A stretch of 64,000 nucleotides of DNA, from assembly GCA_001687465.1 (NCBI GenBank), contig LVLI01000005.1, forward strand, positions 124,001 to 188,000, given 5' to 3'. Positions 24,732 to 38,081 of the stretch are shown here, in pieces. The notes under the pieces are model-generated. The model made no database searches. It worked only from the letters and a program-made list of their open reading frames with translations, and was not told where the DNA came from. Every line of letters begins with the position of its first letter. The first letter of the stretch is position 1. The translations under genes and the position numbers were made by a program. This stretch comes from Halocafeteria seosinensis. Its lineage: Eukaryota.

Positions 24732-25851
24732 GCACCTTCCTTGCTGAAACTTCAACTATTTGGTATGATTACGGTCCGTAATTTACGGACGTTTCCGCAC
24801 TTCAAAGGCAAGCACGGAAATGCAAAATCTTGCCGCGTTTGGGTGAATTAGCACGCTCTCAACCCATCGATTGGAGAAAAAGTTACAATTTTGTCTCTTC
24901 ATAGGATAGGAAAAGTAATTTTCATCCTCTTAACTTTTGCATTACACCCTGTCAAACCCAGTGTGTCTACAATTCTGGCGAATGAGCTGTGCATTTCGAC
25001 CAACTTCAACCTCTGGCTTTCCGCACTGCTTCAAGTTGCAACTTGGTCAAGTAACTTACTCAATTTGCTTGAATTCTTCAACGAATCGTAAGTTGGGAGT
25101 CCTCGGATTTTCTTCTAACATTTCAACCAGGTTCGAACTTACACCCTTATCAACCCCTGTGTGCCGTGATTAAGGCAACCGGAGCGTGAGATACTGTGTC
25201 TGTAGCCGAGCAGGCCGGTGCTCAGTGTGAATGCTGAAGATACACCACACACTCAAATCTTCCATGCCAGTGAGTGCAGGCAATCAACGCCCGACGATGA
25301 CTCAAGTAGTCACTCAACGTGAGTCACCTACCCGGTAGTTTAAGCTGCTTTCCGCACTTCAAGCAGAGAGAGAAAAGGGGAAAATCGTCAAAATCGGGTC
25401 CTTTCGTATACGTCTTGTAGAGATTTATATGTCATTAGTATTACGGATAGTAATTGGTTTTAGGGGTATCATTATCCAATCAGGCTATTTTAGCCGTCTA
25501 GGGGCTGATTCAGTGTCAGGCACGTTGTTTGAACTTCCTGTTTGCCGTCACTACCAACAAGTCCGGGCGTGTGCTACTGGGCCAGGAATTCCCTTTAGCC
25601 TCAACCCTTCCCCTTTTTGTAGTTCTTTCCCCCCTGTCGTGAGGGACTTTTTTTTCTTTTATTTCATTGTCTTGTTTCTCTCTATTATAGGGGAAAGCAA
25701 GAAGAAAGGACCCGAATTAATGGTAGAAGAAAAAAACGAAAAGTATCAATAGTCACTGGCGGACGTGCGGTGATAGCACACTGCGTGTATTGCACACGGG
25801 TGAAGCTGCTCTGGTACCCGGGAGAAAAAACTATTTCTCCTTCGGATTAAA

Positions 25852-27967
25852 ATGTACAATAGCTCCCTTGATAGTGGCCGTGGCAATTTCGTAACTTCGG
25901 AACATTCTGAGAGCGGTGATCCAGACGAGAGTATGGAGCACAGCGGTAGAAACAATTTTGGCTCGGATAAACCTGCTTCAACAGCGGGTCCGTTGGAGAA
26001 ACAACAGCCCGCCCATACGAACAACATGAAGGATGACACTGCATCTAATGAGTGCTTGTCTACCACAGAAGCGACCCCTCATGATCCTGTTACGGAGGCC
26101 ATTGAGCGGCGACAACAATGCCGTGATATTTCTTGCTACGATGTTGACGAGGCAATAATCGGGGAAGGTACATATGGGTAAGTGCTTCACCGAAACACTT
26201 AGTTCTAGATGTCTTGTCCGTGTGCCTTTCCAAAAGCCTCCTCTCCTAAACCATCCATTACCTTGTTGTCCCAATCAATCATGTTGCAGCCAAGTGCGAG
26301 TAGGTGTTGACAAGCAGACTGGGGAAAAGGTGGCGCTTAAGAAGATCAAGCCGGAAGGAGAGAAAGATGGTGTAAGTTTTGGCTCAACATTAACTAGCCC
26401 GTATCTTTGAGACGTGGTTGAAAATCTTCGTAAACAGTTCCCGATCACCGCTGTGCGGGAGATCAAGGCACTGAAGGCTCTCGGTCGGCATCGTCATGTC
26501 ATTGAGCTCAAGGAAATTGCCACCTCAAAAGGTAAAATACCTACGCCAGGTGTCTACGTGGATGTTCCGTTGACTCAATTGCGCCTTGTCCACAGCCACT
26601 GAGCACAACCGTCTCCGTGGGGACGTTTATATGGTTTTCGAATACGCTCCTTACGATCTTTCGGGGATCGTTCGACGGCCAGGCGTCAAATTGTCACTGG
26701 TATGTTAGGCTGCTAACTATATGCAAGAGCATTGCTCATTCATGCAATTTCCGCTTCATCGGTATCAGTCCCACGTGAGGTGTTACATTTATCAACTCCT
26801 AGAGGGATTGCAAGTCCTCCATAGCTACGGGTACCTTCACCGTGATCTTAAAGGTATGTTAGCTAAGCCTCGAGGCTGTTCAATCCTCAATCATCAGGCT
26901 TGAGACATGGGGCAAACAGGCGCAAATCTATTGATTAACGAAGAGAACGTCCTGAAAATCGCTGACTTCGGGTTGGTTAAGAATACACGAGGCTATTACA
27001 AAAGCAACCGCAAGCTGACTTCGAAAGTGTGTACTTTGTGGTATCGGGCGCCGGAGCAAATTTTGCAAAAGCGGTATTACGACGGCAAAGCAGATTTATG
27101 GGCAGTAGGGTACGTAAACTTGCGTGCGCGTAATTTTCCGGACTGTGGATGTTTGTTAATGCTTTCGAATTTTTAACCGCAGTGTTATACTGGCGGAACT
27201 GTTAAATGATGGCAAGCCTATCTGGGGGAAGAATAACTCTGAAGTTGATCAATGGAGAGATATTTGCCGTTTGTGCGGAACACCGAGCGTGCAGTCATGG
27301 CCAGGGTTGGAACAGCTGATGGATCAATTTAAGTTATTGAAAGTACCGTACAGATACGAGCGTAATGTTCGACAGCGGTTTGCAAAGTAGGTATTCTGTT
27401 ACGCTTGTGCCTGTGCATTTATAGAGTTATAGATTCTCTCGGGCTGCAGCTTTGATCGTCAAGCAATGGATTTAGTTGATAAATTACTTGTTATGGACCC
27501 CAATCAAAGAATATCTGTCAGCGAAGCGCTGGATCATAGTTTTTTCTGGGGAGACCCGCTCTTTAATGGCGGTCCGCCTGATCCAAAAAAGTAAGCCGCA
27601 TTCCTACTGATGTTAAATCGCGTCAGTTCTTTTTACGGTTCTTGCTCGGTGCAGATTGGATAAGTTCGATTTCACTCATGCTCATGACCTTGAATGGCAT
27701 GGTGCTCCTAAACCGGAGGCTCAGCATCAACATAATGCTCCTCAACCAGGACGAGCCCTCGTCTCTTCTTCCGCCGCGCGGAAGCCTGCCACCAAGAGGC
27801 CTCATGAATTAGTTGTTGGAAGTTCGGGTGCAGCTGTCCCACAGAATGCCACTGGATCAACCAGTGCACACCGGCACCCACAGGGGCCCAGGCACCAGCA
27901 TCGCCCTAAACCCCCAGGCGGTAGCATGTTCGTTCCTGTAGGCCCAAATAAAAAGCCACGGCGGTAG
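25852..27967 (+). CDS. CDK9/CDK12 (CDKC)-like cyclin-dependent kinase, copy 1
   Basis: IGEGTYG, VALKKIK, GFPITAVREIK, HRDLK, KIADFGL, VCTLWYRAPE, spread over ~9 exons with GT-AG introns; Pro/His-rich tail. Confidence 0.92.
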
Positions 27968-28358
27968 ATCATTATGTTTAGGTTGGCTTAGCGCATATTG
28001 GAAATCACCTACCTTGCGCAGAGCGAGGAATGCGTGTGATATGTACTAAATAGCGGAGTACTGAGGTACGGTCCGCTTACGTCTACGAAAAAAGAAGAAA
28101 CAATGTAAGCTTAAACTAATAAACAACATACATGTGGCAATAAGTACCGGTCAATTGTATCAAGAAGAAAGTTATTGCAGTCATCCATTCCAGTGGTATC
28201 TTAACCTCTATTGTAGCGTACAAATTGCAGTTGTTGTTGAGTACCAATAGTTTTGTAATTACTTAGGTTTAGTGTTGGATGCCGTGGACGACATCTTCTT
28301 CTATCCACTATGTTGCTCTGATTTATCGGTGCTGGCACATCTGCTGAAGGCAGCGCCA

Positions 28359-30018
28359 ATGTGTATCGGAGGAAGGAAGGTGATGGATGGCATACATGAT
28401 GATGGTGCTGCTCTCCGGGAAGCTGTCGAGCGTCGAAGACAATGCCGTGATATCAGCTGTTTTGATGTTCGGGAGACGCTGGGAGAGGGCACTTTTGGGT
28501 AAGTGCCTCAGAGTTGAGAAAACCTCCAAGTGGATGGAACGGGGATCCATGGGTGGCATACGCAGGGTCGTCTCTCTAGCGACAGATAATAACACTGGCA
28601 TGAAGCTCGCCATCAAAAAATTGCAACCACAACGCTGTGATAACGAGAAATATGGCGTAAGTTTGACGAGAAATCGAAACATCTGCTGCACATGGTTAGA
28701 CATTGGTTGGATACTTGATCGGAATCCCAGTTTGACCCAAAATTCATCCGCGAAATAAAGGCCATACAGGCTATTGGAGAGCATCGTAATATTCTAGAGC
28801 TCAGGGAAGTAGTTACCTCATCGCCAGGTACGATTCATACATATTTTACCGGAACTTTGGTGAAGTCAAGTTTCTGATACGGGATCTCAGAGAGCGATTC
28901 TGATTCTGGCGGGCATGTGCATCTGGTTTTCAAGTACATGCCGTATGATTTAGCCGGAGTTGCACGCCGTGTAGGGCAAAACCTAAACATGGTACGTGTT
29001 CGTTGAAATCCACGGTAGGTCTGCGACACATCCTCGCTTCACTTTGGATACAGTGCTTCATTAGATGCTTTGTTTATCAGTTACTGGAAGGTCTTCATTT
29101 TATTCATAGAAAGGGTTACATGCACAGAGATTTGAAAAGTAAGACTATAGCTCTCGTACATCTGAAACGGTGATGGTGTCACTGGCTGTTTTGCTTCTAA
29201 CAGGTGCTAATTTACTAATAAACGAGGACCACGAATTGAAGATCGGTGACTTTGACCTCGCGCGTCGTACTAAAGGCTGCTCGAAACTAACTTCAGTAGT
29301 GTGTACGCTCTTTTACCGAGCTCCGGAGCAACTTCTTGAATTCGGATATTACGACGGGAAGGCAGATCTATGGGCCGTTGGGTATGGGAGCGTATACTAC
29401 ATACCATGTACGTCTAACTCTGTTACCCATGCTTTTCACTAAATGTACAGAGTCATAACAGCTGAGTTGCTAAATGGCGGAGAGCTGATTTGGAATAGGC
29501 GTAACAGCAACACTTTCATGCAGTGGGAAGATATCTGCCGGCTATGCGGAACTCCAACGAACGAGACGTGGCCGGGAATAGAGCGGAAGGAAGAATTTCG
29601 AATGATGTCAGTCCCGCGATATAGGCGTAGGCTAAAACATCGTTTTGCGCAGTACGTTAAGACACTTCGCATGCCCTCACGATATCATTTTTGCAATCTC
29701 GTCCTGTTCGCCTCAACAGCGTCGATCCAAAAGCCACAGATTTCCTGGATAAGGTTCTTGTTGCAAACCCCGACAAGAGAATCAGTGTTGGCGATGCTCT
29801 AGAGCATTCGTTCTTGTGGGCTGATGGAGAGCCGAAACCACACAGGTATGCCTTTATATTTGGTGTACTCCTCTCATGCTTCAGAGTTTGTTTGTTGACA
29901 TAGTGACAGGCTTCCTCGTTTTGACTTTGCACGCTGTCATGATTTGGAGTCCCGAAGTCAGCGAAAGCGCCCTAGGGAATCCGAAATGGCTTCCTCAACG
30001 AGAGCAAGGAACCAGTGA
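28359..30018 (+). CDS. Divergent CDK9/12-like kinase, tandem copy 2
   Basis: EAVERRRQCRDISCFDV, LGEGTFG, LAIKK, FDPKFIREIK, HRDLKSAN, KIGDFDL, VCTLFYRAPE. Introns lie at positions matching copy 1 and the frame stays open to TGA 30016-30018. Confidence 0.85.
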
Positions 30019-30623
30019 CAAGCTTGAATACCTTGTAAGCTAAAAGTAGAATGGAAATTGAAGTTGAATACACACAAGTATTGTACGGGGAAACTCTTCC
30101 ATCTACCCGGTTCCTGGGTTTCCGCGTACCTAATGAGATTGCTCGTGTGAGGCGATTTTTTCGCTTATGACTGATAAACATGAGAATCTTCGTTGTATTT
30201 GCGCTGATGGGACAAGTGCTTGAGTATAGCACCCAGATCTTGTGAAGACCAACGTTATGCACTCAGCATTACCCTGCGCTTCAGTCTGCATACTTTCATG
30301 CCCAACGGCCACAGCATATCCCTTCGTTTTGTACAGCATATATGCAGTGCAGCAGTACAAATCGTCGTTCTTGCTGCTTCCTTTGAGGGCACCAACGAAC
30401 GCACCGCTGCAGTTTTAATTAAACTTGTAATCCGACCAGGTTCAACAAAAGAAAGACGGGTGGTGATGATGGTTTTGATTGAAGCTCGGTTTTAGATGGA
30501 GAAAGAATACTAATCTTATTACTACCTACTCTAGGATTTCCACACACCGACAAAGAGAGAAATAGGCTCTTTCGCAGGTACACAGAATCCCTCGGGAAGT
30601 ATCCAGTTTGCAGCAGTAAAGAG

Positions 30624-32623
30624 ATGTCTGTCTCGGATTCATCAGAGGACTCTCCGGTCAACTGGGAGTCCTCGCTCGAGGAACTGGATGAATTGACTAA
30701 TGATAAAGAGGCCATCAATCAGCCAGATAATCAGCCAACTCTCCGGAGACTTTTGTCTCATTTGAGCGATATTACTAATGTCCCAACTGCTCGGTGGTTT
30801 GTGGGTACGTGGTCCATGCGTGTAGAACCTACAAGACGTCAACTTGAATTTTCCCGGAAATTGACAGAACCGATACTCGAAGAGGTGGCCAAACAAGGTG
30901 GAGCAAAGTGCATTGCTAGGATATACAGACACGCGGATGATATTGCGGTCCTGCGTCAGGCGGCTCGCTTAGGGCGACATTTAAGCAGGCATAGTAAGTT
31001 TTTGTGGTTGGGGAACTCGCTTGGTTGGTATGATTGGGTGCCGACGGCTTGCAGAAGTGAACAAGAAGATAATGGCCGAGGAGAAACGACTGGAAGATGC
31101 TGTTCATGCTTTAGAACGACATAACCACAAAGATGTAGTGGTCGCACAACATTGTAAGTGGCGGATTCTGGGGTTCGTAGAACCTGTGCGGATGTTAAAC
31201 ACCTATACTTGGATACGCAGTACTAGTCGTCTTAGGAAACCTCGCTCACTCTGACGAAAACAAAGAGAGACTAAAGCAGGAGGGCGCCTTTAATCTGGTT
31301 GCTCGCATTATGACCTCATACCCTACGAATAGAGGAATTCAACACTACGGCTCTACGTTCATATACAATATTTCAACTTTTTCAAATCGCCAAGGTAAGG
31401 ATTGCTCTTGTTTTCTCAACCTCAAATATTCTGGTTTTATGTGTATGTGCCCTCTTACAGAAGAGGACTATTGCTCATCGTTCCAAGGAAATGGATTGAT
31501 TTCTGCTCTCGCGCACTCTATTCAGACATTTCCAGATGACCAAGAGTCGATGCCGTGGGCGTTGCATGCCCTTAAATTTCTAACGGAACGTAAGAGCATT
31601 TGGATAAGTTGGTTTGCACTTTATGTGATTATTTTGCTATTATCACCTTCTCAGGACCTACACTGCAAGAGGAGTGTGTAGATGGAGGAGCCATAGAGGC
31701 TTGCATCTTACATTTCAAGTCCGCCCCGCTAGATACTACACGAACTACGGCACAAGAACTTAAGCATGCGGCGGAATCACTTCGGTATTTAGTTTCATGT
31801 TCTTCCTCCAGCTGCAAAGGGAAGGCTGTTGACAGGCTAATGCGGATGGATGAAATAGTGCCGACTCTTGTACGTTGCGTTTGCGTTTGGTCCACTGCGA
31901 GCCGTTCGCAATATCGTGGGTGTTTCCTGTATCCCCTCTACTGCAGATTAAAACGATGAATTGTTATCCTCTCACGAAACCCTACCTTACTTCAGTTTTA
32001 GGAAAAGTAGTAGAGGAAAAACCTGGTAGTGGTACGTGCGCTTCGCCAAAGCCTATCATGCTTCTTGGGAGGAAGTTCGTTATACTGTTTGATCCAGATG
32101 AAATGCGGCAAATGTTGGATGATTGCAAGGTGCCGCTTCCCATTTTAACCCTTTTAAGGAAGTCCACTGGCGATAGAAATATGGTAGCGTGGGGGCTGGA
32201 ACGATTGTACAGGATGGCATACAACGGTAAGTGTCCGTCCGTTACACTGTTAGCATACCAAAGAAACTTGGAACTATATTGTTTTACAGGTGATCATAGG
32301 AAGGAAATTTACTTGTACAAGGGGCTTGATACTGTGCTATCCCTGGTTCAAGCATATCGTAACGATGAGAATGTCGTTGAAACAGCCGCCGGAGTAGTAT
32401 GGCTTCTGTGCTTCCGTGGTACGTCAGCTATCAACACGAGCATACCATATTCTTGGTTTTTGTGATATTTTTCGTTGCTGCAGAGGATTGCCAAGGTGAT
32501 GTGAAAGATCGTGGTTTAGTTACAATGCTCGACGATATCCGAAGAACTTACAACAGGAATGGACACATACAGGAGAGGGCGAATGCAATTTTCAAGTTGG
32601 CAAAGCTGACACCTCCAGAGTAG
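30624..32623 (+). CDS. Armadillo/ARM-type helical repeat protein (multi-exon)
   Basis: Spliced segments such as LGNLAHSDENKERLKQEGAFNLVARIMTSYPTNRGIQHYG and GLDTVLSLVQAYRNDENVVETAAGVVWLL follow an ARM-like pattern; canonical introns. Confidence 0.7.
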
Positions 32624-32926
32624 AAAAATTGCAATCCATGAAGAATGCATTTGGGATAAATCAACGATTGCTTTGAAGATACTGTACCCTCGCCTTGTTT
32701 CTCTGTTATTCAAACTTAATCCGTCAATGTCTTCACAAGAACCAATGGTAGTTTTGGCGCGCGGTTGAAGAAAACTATTCCACGATTTCGGACACTAGCC
32801 ACTGCATACACATCCCTTAGTCTACATACGATTGAAATAGTGAATTTTTACTACTCCTCCATGAGGCGTGAATGCTGTGGTCTTGCTCGAATCGCACCCG
32901 CTGCAGCGGACGGTACTGGCATTGGC

Positions 32927-34254
32927 ATGGCTCAAATGGCGCAACCCATGCAAGGAAGTGGGACTAACGCGGCAAGCGATAGCGACACGTGCTGCATATG
33001 CCTGGAACCCATTACGGAGCTAGGAAAGATCAACGGGTGTTCTCACCTCTTCTGGTGCGTAAATATGTCGATGTCTCTTTAGTTCATGACTACTTCACAA
33101 AAATGCCCCATTAGCAAGAATGCAGCTACCAGTGCATCGAGGAATGGTCAAAGGTGACCAATTTGTGTCCCTTATGCAAAGTGAAATTTACACAAATTGA
33201 AGGCAAGACGCCAAGCCCCAACGGGAGAAAACAGAGGAAAAAGAAATGCAAGCGAGTACGGAACCGCAGACAGAGGGTCGACCACTACGAAGACGAAGTG
33301 GACGTCGAGGCCGAGGACGAAGTCGCCGTTGAGGTACAGGCCCCTAGGACACAACGACGGCGACGGCATCCTGCAAGGCGAGCTGCTTCTGGTCGACGAG
33401 CTACCTCGTCCACAACAAACCGGTCTGCCGCTACATCATCTGTCACGGATGATGATCTCTTTGAGATGCCTTCGCCACCTCGAGCGGCGCGAAGACGACT
33501 GCGGCGACGTGCTCCTCGATCACGCATCACGTTTTATCAGGAAGGAACTCCCGATGTTGACGATTCCGACGGTTCTACCGTTGACCTTACTTCCGAGGAA
33601 GAATCAGCCGCCTTAGAAGCGATATACTTTGGCACAAACACTGCTACAGGTGCTTCTACTGCACAAGGCAGTAGTGATACTGCAACACAGGCAGGCCACG
33701 CAGGAGAAGATGGAGAAGGGGAGGCACCTCAAGACACATCGCATGCCTCTTCCTCTCGTCAACGGATAGAAAGGGGCGCCCCGCAAAGACGGCCTCTTGT
33801 ATGGATACAGAGTCAAAACAGTGCCGGCAGGACGCGATGGACGCGTGCTCGAAGGGAATGTCTGGACCTCAATATCAACGAAATTGTAGAGCAATATGGT
33901 AGGCAAACAGATACTGCCCCAGCAACAGCGAGTCATTTTGAGTCAGATTCCCTCATAGAGAGAATCCAGAGAAGGTTCGAGGAACAAGACCAAAGGGAAA
34001 CAAGCGACACAACTGAAGAACCAACAACTGACAATGATTCAGTTAGTTCGCTGCTGCAAAGATTACAGTGTAGATGCGGAGAGGAGAATACTAACAACGA
34101 GAATACGATGAACGGTACGGGTATTCAAACGACAGAGAATGAAAGTACTTCTGAACCAGAGAAGACTATTGAGGAGGAGGACGACGATGAAGTTCCTTTG
34201 TCCCTCCAAGAGCGACTTCAGCGGCGACTTCATCAACAAACTGAAACACTATAA
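32927..34254 (+). CDS. C3HC4 RING-finger protein with a long disordered acidic/basic tail
   Basis: CCICLEPITELGKINGCSHLFC|YQCIEEWSKVTNLCPLCK across one intron (~33055-33126); resembles PHRF1/SCAF11-type RING domains. Confidence 0.85.
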
Positions 34255-34310
34255 TTGACTATAAAAAGCTAGCAAACTATCACTTTATCTACGATACTGT
34301 TATAACGTTC

Positions 34311-35885
34311 CTATGCCGCTTTCTGGGCTGCTCTTAGAGCATTTTCGATGTCTTCCTTTAAGTCTTCGATGTCTTCCAGACCGACGCTTAATCGAATGAG
34401 AGAGTCGCTAATGTTGAGCTCCTTGCGCTTGTCAGCAGGTACAGAGGCGTGAGTCATCAAAGCAGGAGATTCAGCCAATGACTCCACAGCACCCAAGGAT
34501 TCCGCAAGGGTAAAGAGTCTCACGTTCTCCAAGAAAGCGCGTGCCCCTTCGAGACCGTTCTTGATGTAGAAGGTAATCATGCCACTACCACCATGTCCAC
34601 GTGAGCAATTCTTCTTTGCTATCTCATGCTGAGGATGGCTGGGTAGGCCGGGATAGAGCACTTTTTCAACACCACTATGATCTTCCAAGTATTTAGCAAG
34701 CTCCAAAGCGTTTTGTTCATGTCTCTCCATTCTCACATGGATGGTCTTGAGGCCTCGAAGAGCCATGTAGGAGTCATGTGGACCAGGGACTGCGCCGCTC
34801 CCGTTTTGGACGAATCGGAGTTTCTCAATGAGTTCATCACTGTTAGTGCAAACGGTGCCCATGACAACGTCGGAGTGACCGTTAATGTATTTTGTGATTG
34901 AGTTAAGCACCAGGTCCGCACCAAGGTCAATCGGGTTTTGGAAGTACGGGCTCATGAATGTGTTGTCAACAACGACGAGACAGTTGTGCTTGTGTGCAAC
35001 TTCAGCAACTTTAGCAATGTCAACCACTTTCAAAGTAGGGTTAGTCGGAGATTCAATCCACACCATTCTAGTCTTGGAGTTGGCGGTGATAGCTTTTTCA
35101 ACTGTGTCCATGTCATTCATGTCAATGAAATCGAACGAAATGTTGTAGGTCTGTACACGAGAAGCATAGAATTAATTGGTGTATAGCATTCCCTTGGCAG
35201 TAAAACGAAAACCCTTACAGGAACCACGGTGCGACGGAAGTAGCGTTGGGTACCTCCATACACGTCGTCAATGCTAACCACATGATCACCGGATTGCAGA
35301 AGGTGAATCAGAGCGGTGGTTGCGGACATCCCAGAAGCAAACGCAATACCTGGCGAACAAACAAGAAGAATTCGCATGAAAACCAACGAAGATACACCTA
35401 TGAATTGCACATTGTACACATACCATGCTTTGTTTTTTCGGCACCAGCGGTGGCTTGTTCAAAGGCGGCACGAGTTGGGTTGCCTGTTCGGGAGTATTCA
35501 TACCCCTTGAAGTAGCTCAATCCCGACTCAGATCCACTCGGAACACCTGGTGATTTTTGGGCAAAGGTAGTTGCCAGACTGATGGGGACACATACAGCTC
35601 CAGTAACAGGGTCAGGTTCCTGCAAAAACATTGTAGAAATACTATGTAAAGTCCCATTGTTCCGAAATTGGCCAATGCAGGTGCTGTGACACCACCACCA
35701 CGTAGCAAGTAGTTACACAGGCCCCCACCAAGTCCATTCTACCCTTTCCGTAGCTACCATACGGCCATCTCGAATACCTTCACGTGTCGCTGTGAGAAGG
35801 AACCTACCTGACCGACATGCAGAGCCCTGGTTCCTGGGCCAAACCGCGCATATTTTTCGACGGAAGTCTGCTGAGACGAAGCCAT
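34311..35885 (-). CDS. CTH: Cystathionine gamma-lyase (4 exons)
   Basis: TRALHVGQ|EPDPVTGAVCVPISLATTF, YEYSRTGNPTR, FASGMSA, DDVYGGT, ESPTNP, VDNTF, SITKYINGHSD (PLP lysine), AESLG, IRLSVGLE. Confidence 0.93.
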
Positions 35886-36300
35886 TATTGATGGTTCGAA
35901 ACGACGTTTTCTTATACCTTTCCCTTACGGATAAAAAACCACACACAACAAGTATGTACAATGTGATCGACTACACTCTGGTCTAACAAACCTCTGTTTA
36001 CGGACACGAAGGAACTCGGCAAGGAAGCGCGGACTTCCAAGTTGAACTTGGGGGGCGCGCGACCTCGGCGGATCCTAAGATATGCTCTATAGAGGGACCA
36101 CGTGCATTACTAGTGTAAGATGTTATGAGTTGATTGGTATTCTCTTTCGTTCTTGCTACTTAGGAAATAGGTCTTGCGGAATCAGTGATTGAAAAGGTGT
36201 AAAAGTCTCCCCGAGGCAGTAGATTGAGCCGGAGGGCCTACACACAGATTGCGGCGTTCGTATGGGCTAGTGTAGCGATCGATACGTGACAGAGATTATT

Positions 36301-37581
36301 ATGAAGAACAGTATTTGGACAACTCTGAGTGTGCTCTCGGCATGCTTTGTTGCCTTTCAACAGAGTGCCTCGCAGGTAAATGGCGCCGAAATTATCGAAA
36401 TTACAGAAGAAAACGTGAACGAGACGTTTGCCAATAATGACCCTCTGTTGGTCATGTTTTACGCCCCATGGTGTGGAAAATGCCGCAAGATGAAGCCAGA
36501 GTTTGAGAAAGCAGTGAACAAGTCTGAGGCGGAGGGGATGCCGTTCTCGTTTGGAAGAATCCATGCGGACAACCAAGCGGACCTGACTGCATCGCTACAC
36601 GTGTCGAGTTTTCCTTCCTTCATGACTTACACAAATGGATCATCAAGCCGTTTACCCGTTCTTGGCAGCGGAGAAGCCTTATTAACCTTTCTGCGACAGG
36701 CAGTTGGACGAGATCCGGGCAGCTCTGCGAAGCCGTTGGAGACTCTGGACGAAGCCGGGGAATGGCTGTTCTGGAGAGGAACGGATGGTAGTAAACTAGA
36801 GACTACCCTCGTTGGATTTTTCCCTCCAGATATCGAAGAAACGAAATCAGGGAAACAGCTGAAGGGTATGTTCGATCAAACTAGCCGGGAATTACTTATG
36901 TATCTCCGATTTGCCGAGATTAGGAACCCTGAGCTTATCAAGACTTTCAACATGCCAGTGGATAAAGCTTCAATCGCTTTATACAAAGATTTCGACGAGG
37001 GAAAAAATGTCTACGGGGGAGAAGCCAATGCTGATGAATTGAAAGATTGGATTCAACGTCTAAGTACACCCTTAGTGACTACCGTGGATCATTGGGAGTT
37101 GCGGTCTTTCCAACGTCGTGGCAATGCGCTTGTGCATGTTTTCGTTCCTGAAAGTACTGTTGAAGATGGACCCGCCCTCCAACACGTAAAGGATGAAACT
37201 AGGAAGGCCGCAGCCCCATTGGAAGACGAGGGAGTTTTCTCTCGTGGCCAAATGACGTTTGCCATCACAAACGGGGAGAAATACCAGGAATGGCTCAAAC
37301 CCTTCGGACTGGTCAGAGATCGTCTCCCGGCGTTTGGTCTTGTCAACTTGCACGGAGGTGATCCCGATAAGTTTGAATTTTTTGGTTTTCAAGTCACAAG
37401 TGCTGAGTCAAAGGAATTGATCAGTCAGCGGCAAGAGCAGACACCGGCAGGCAGCGACTACATTGTTGAAGACGTAGACCTCCCTATACAACGTGTTCAA
37501 ACTTTCGTCAGAGATTTCATCAAAGGGAAATTGAATAAGGTTGAGGAAAATGCCATTGCCTATGATTCCTTTGGAGCGTAG
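36301..37581 (+). CDS. Protein disulfide isomerase-like thioredoxin-fold protein
   Basis: Signal peptide; VMFYAPWCGKC active site; downstream b/b'-like segments (IALYKDFDEGK...ELKDWIQ); single exon. Confidence 0.85.
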   Translation: MKNSIWTTLSVLSACFVAFQQSASQVNGAEIIEITEENVNETFANNDPLLVMFYAPWCGKCRKMKPEFEKAVNKSEAEGMPFSFGRIHADNQADLTASLHVSSFPSFMTYTNGSSSRLPVLGSGEALLTFLRQAVGRDPGSSAKPLETLDEAGEWLFWRGTDGSKLETTLVGFFPPDIEETKSGKQLKGMFDQTSRELLMYLRFAEIRNPELIKTFNMPVDKASIALYKDFDEGKNVYGGEANADELKDWIQRLSTPLVTTVDHWELRSFQRRGNALVHVFVPESTVEDGPALQHVKDETRKAAAPLEDEGVFSRGQMTFAITNGEKYQEWLKPFGLVRDRLPAFGLVNLHGGDPDKFEFFGFQVTSAESKELISQRQEQTPAGSDYIVEDVDLPIQRVQTFVRDFIKGKLNKVEENAIAYDSFGA

Positions 37582-38081
37582 TAACTACACATTTCAGGAG
37601 CTGCTATCAGTGGGACATGTATTTTGTACAACGCGACCTCACGAGCGTCCGCGGATAGGTGCGAAATACACAATTGTCACTACTGCTGTTCATGAGGTGT
37701 TAAACATTCCCTAAATGGACGATGTTCTGTTGTCAGGTGACAAAACACCCGAACCAACTTTCCCCATTCCTATTCGTTCACTACATAGCAAAGCGCCACA
37801 CTGAATGAATTCCTTCCTATGCTTCCTTTCAGCTTCTGAGGCGAGCCGTTCATGGGTACGTCTGACCCTGTTGCCGACTGCCGGCCCGAAAACGGAATAG
37901 GTTGAACTTGGGTCCACTCAGCGGCAAAAAAATCGAATTGGCGTCATGGTTCTTGAAGACCCTCTATAGTGTTTGCTTGCTTTGAATGCGGCTTGGGGTT
38001 GATTGAGTGATTCCGTCACGCCACTGCTGCCCCGGGATTTCTTCATTGTGTCCTTTGATGTGGTAAAGGGAGAAAGGCACA

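Noticed and set aside
32753..32760. E2F-like TTTGGCGC (also at 48291-48298)
   Set aside because: Short words expected by chance; not seen upstream of the replication genes where they would be expected.
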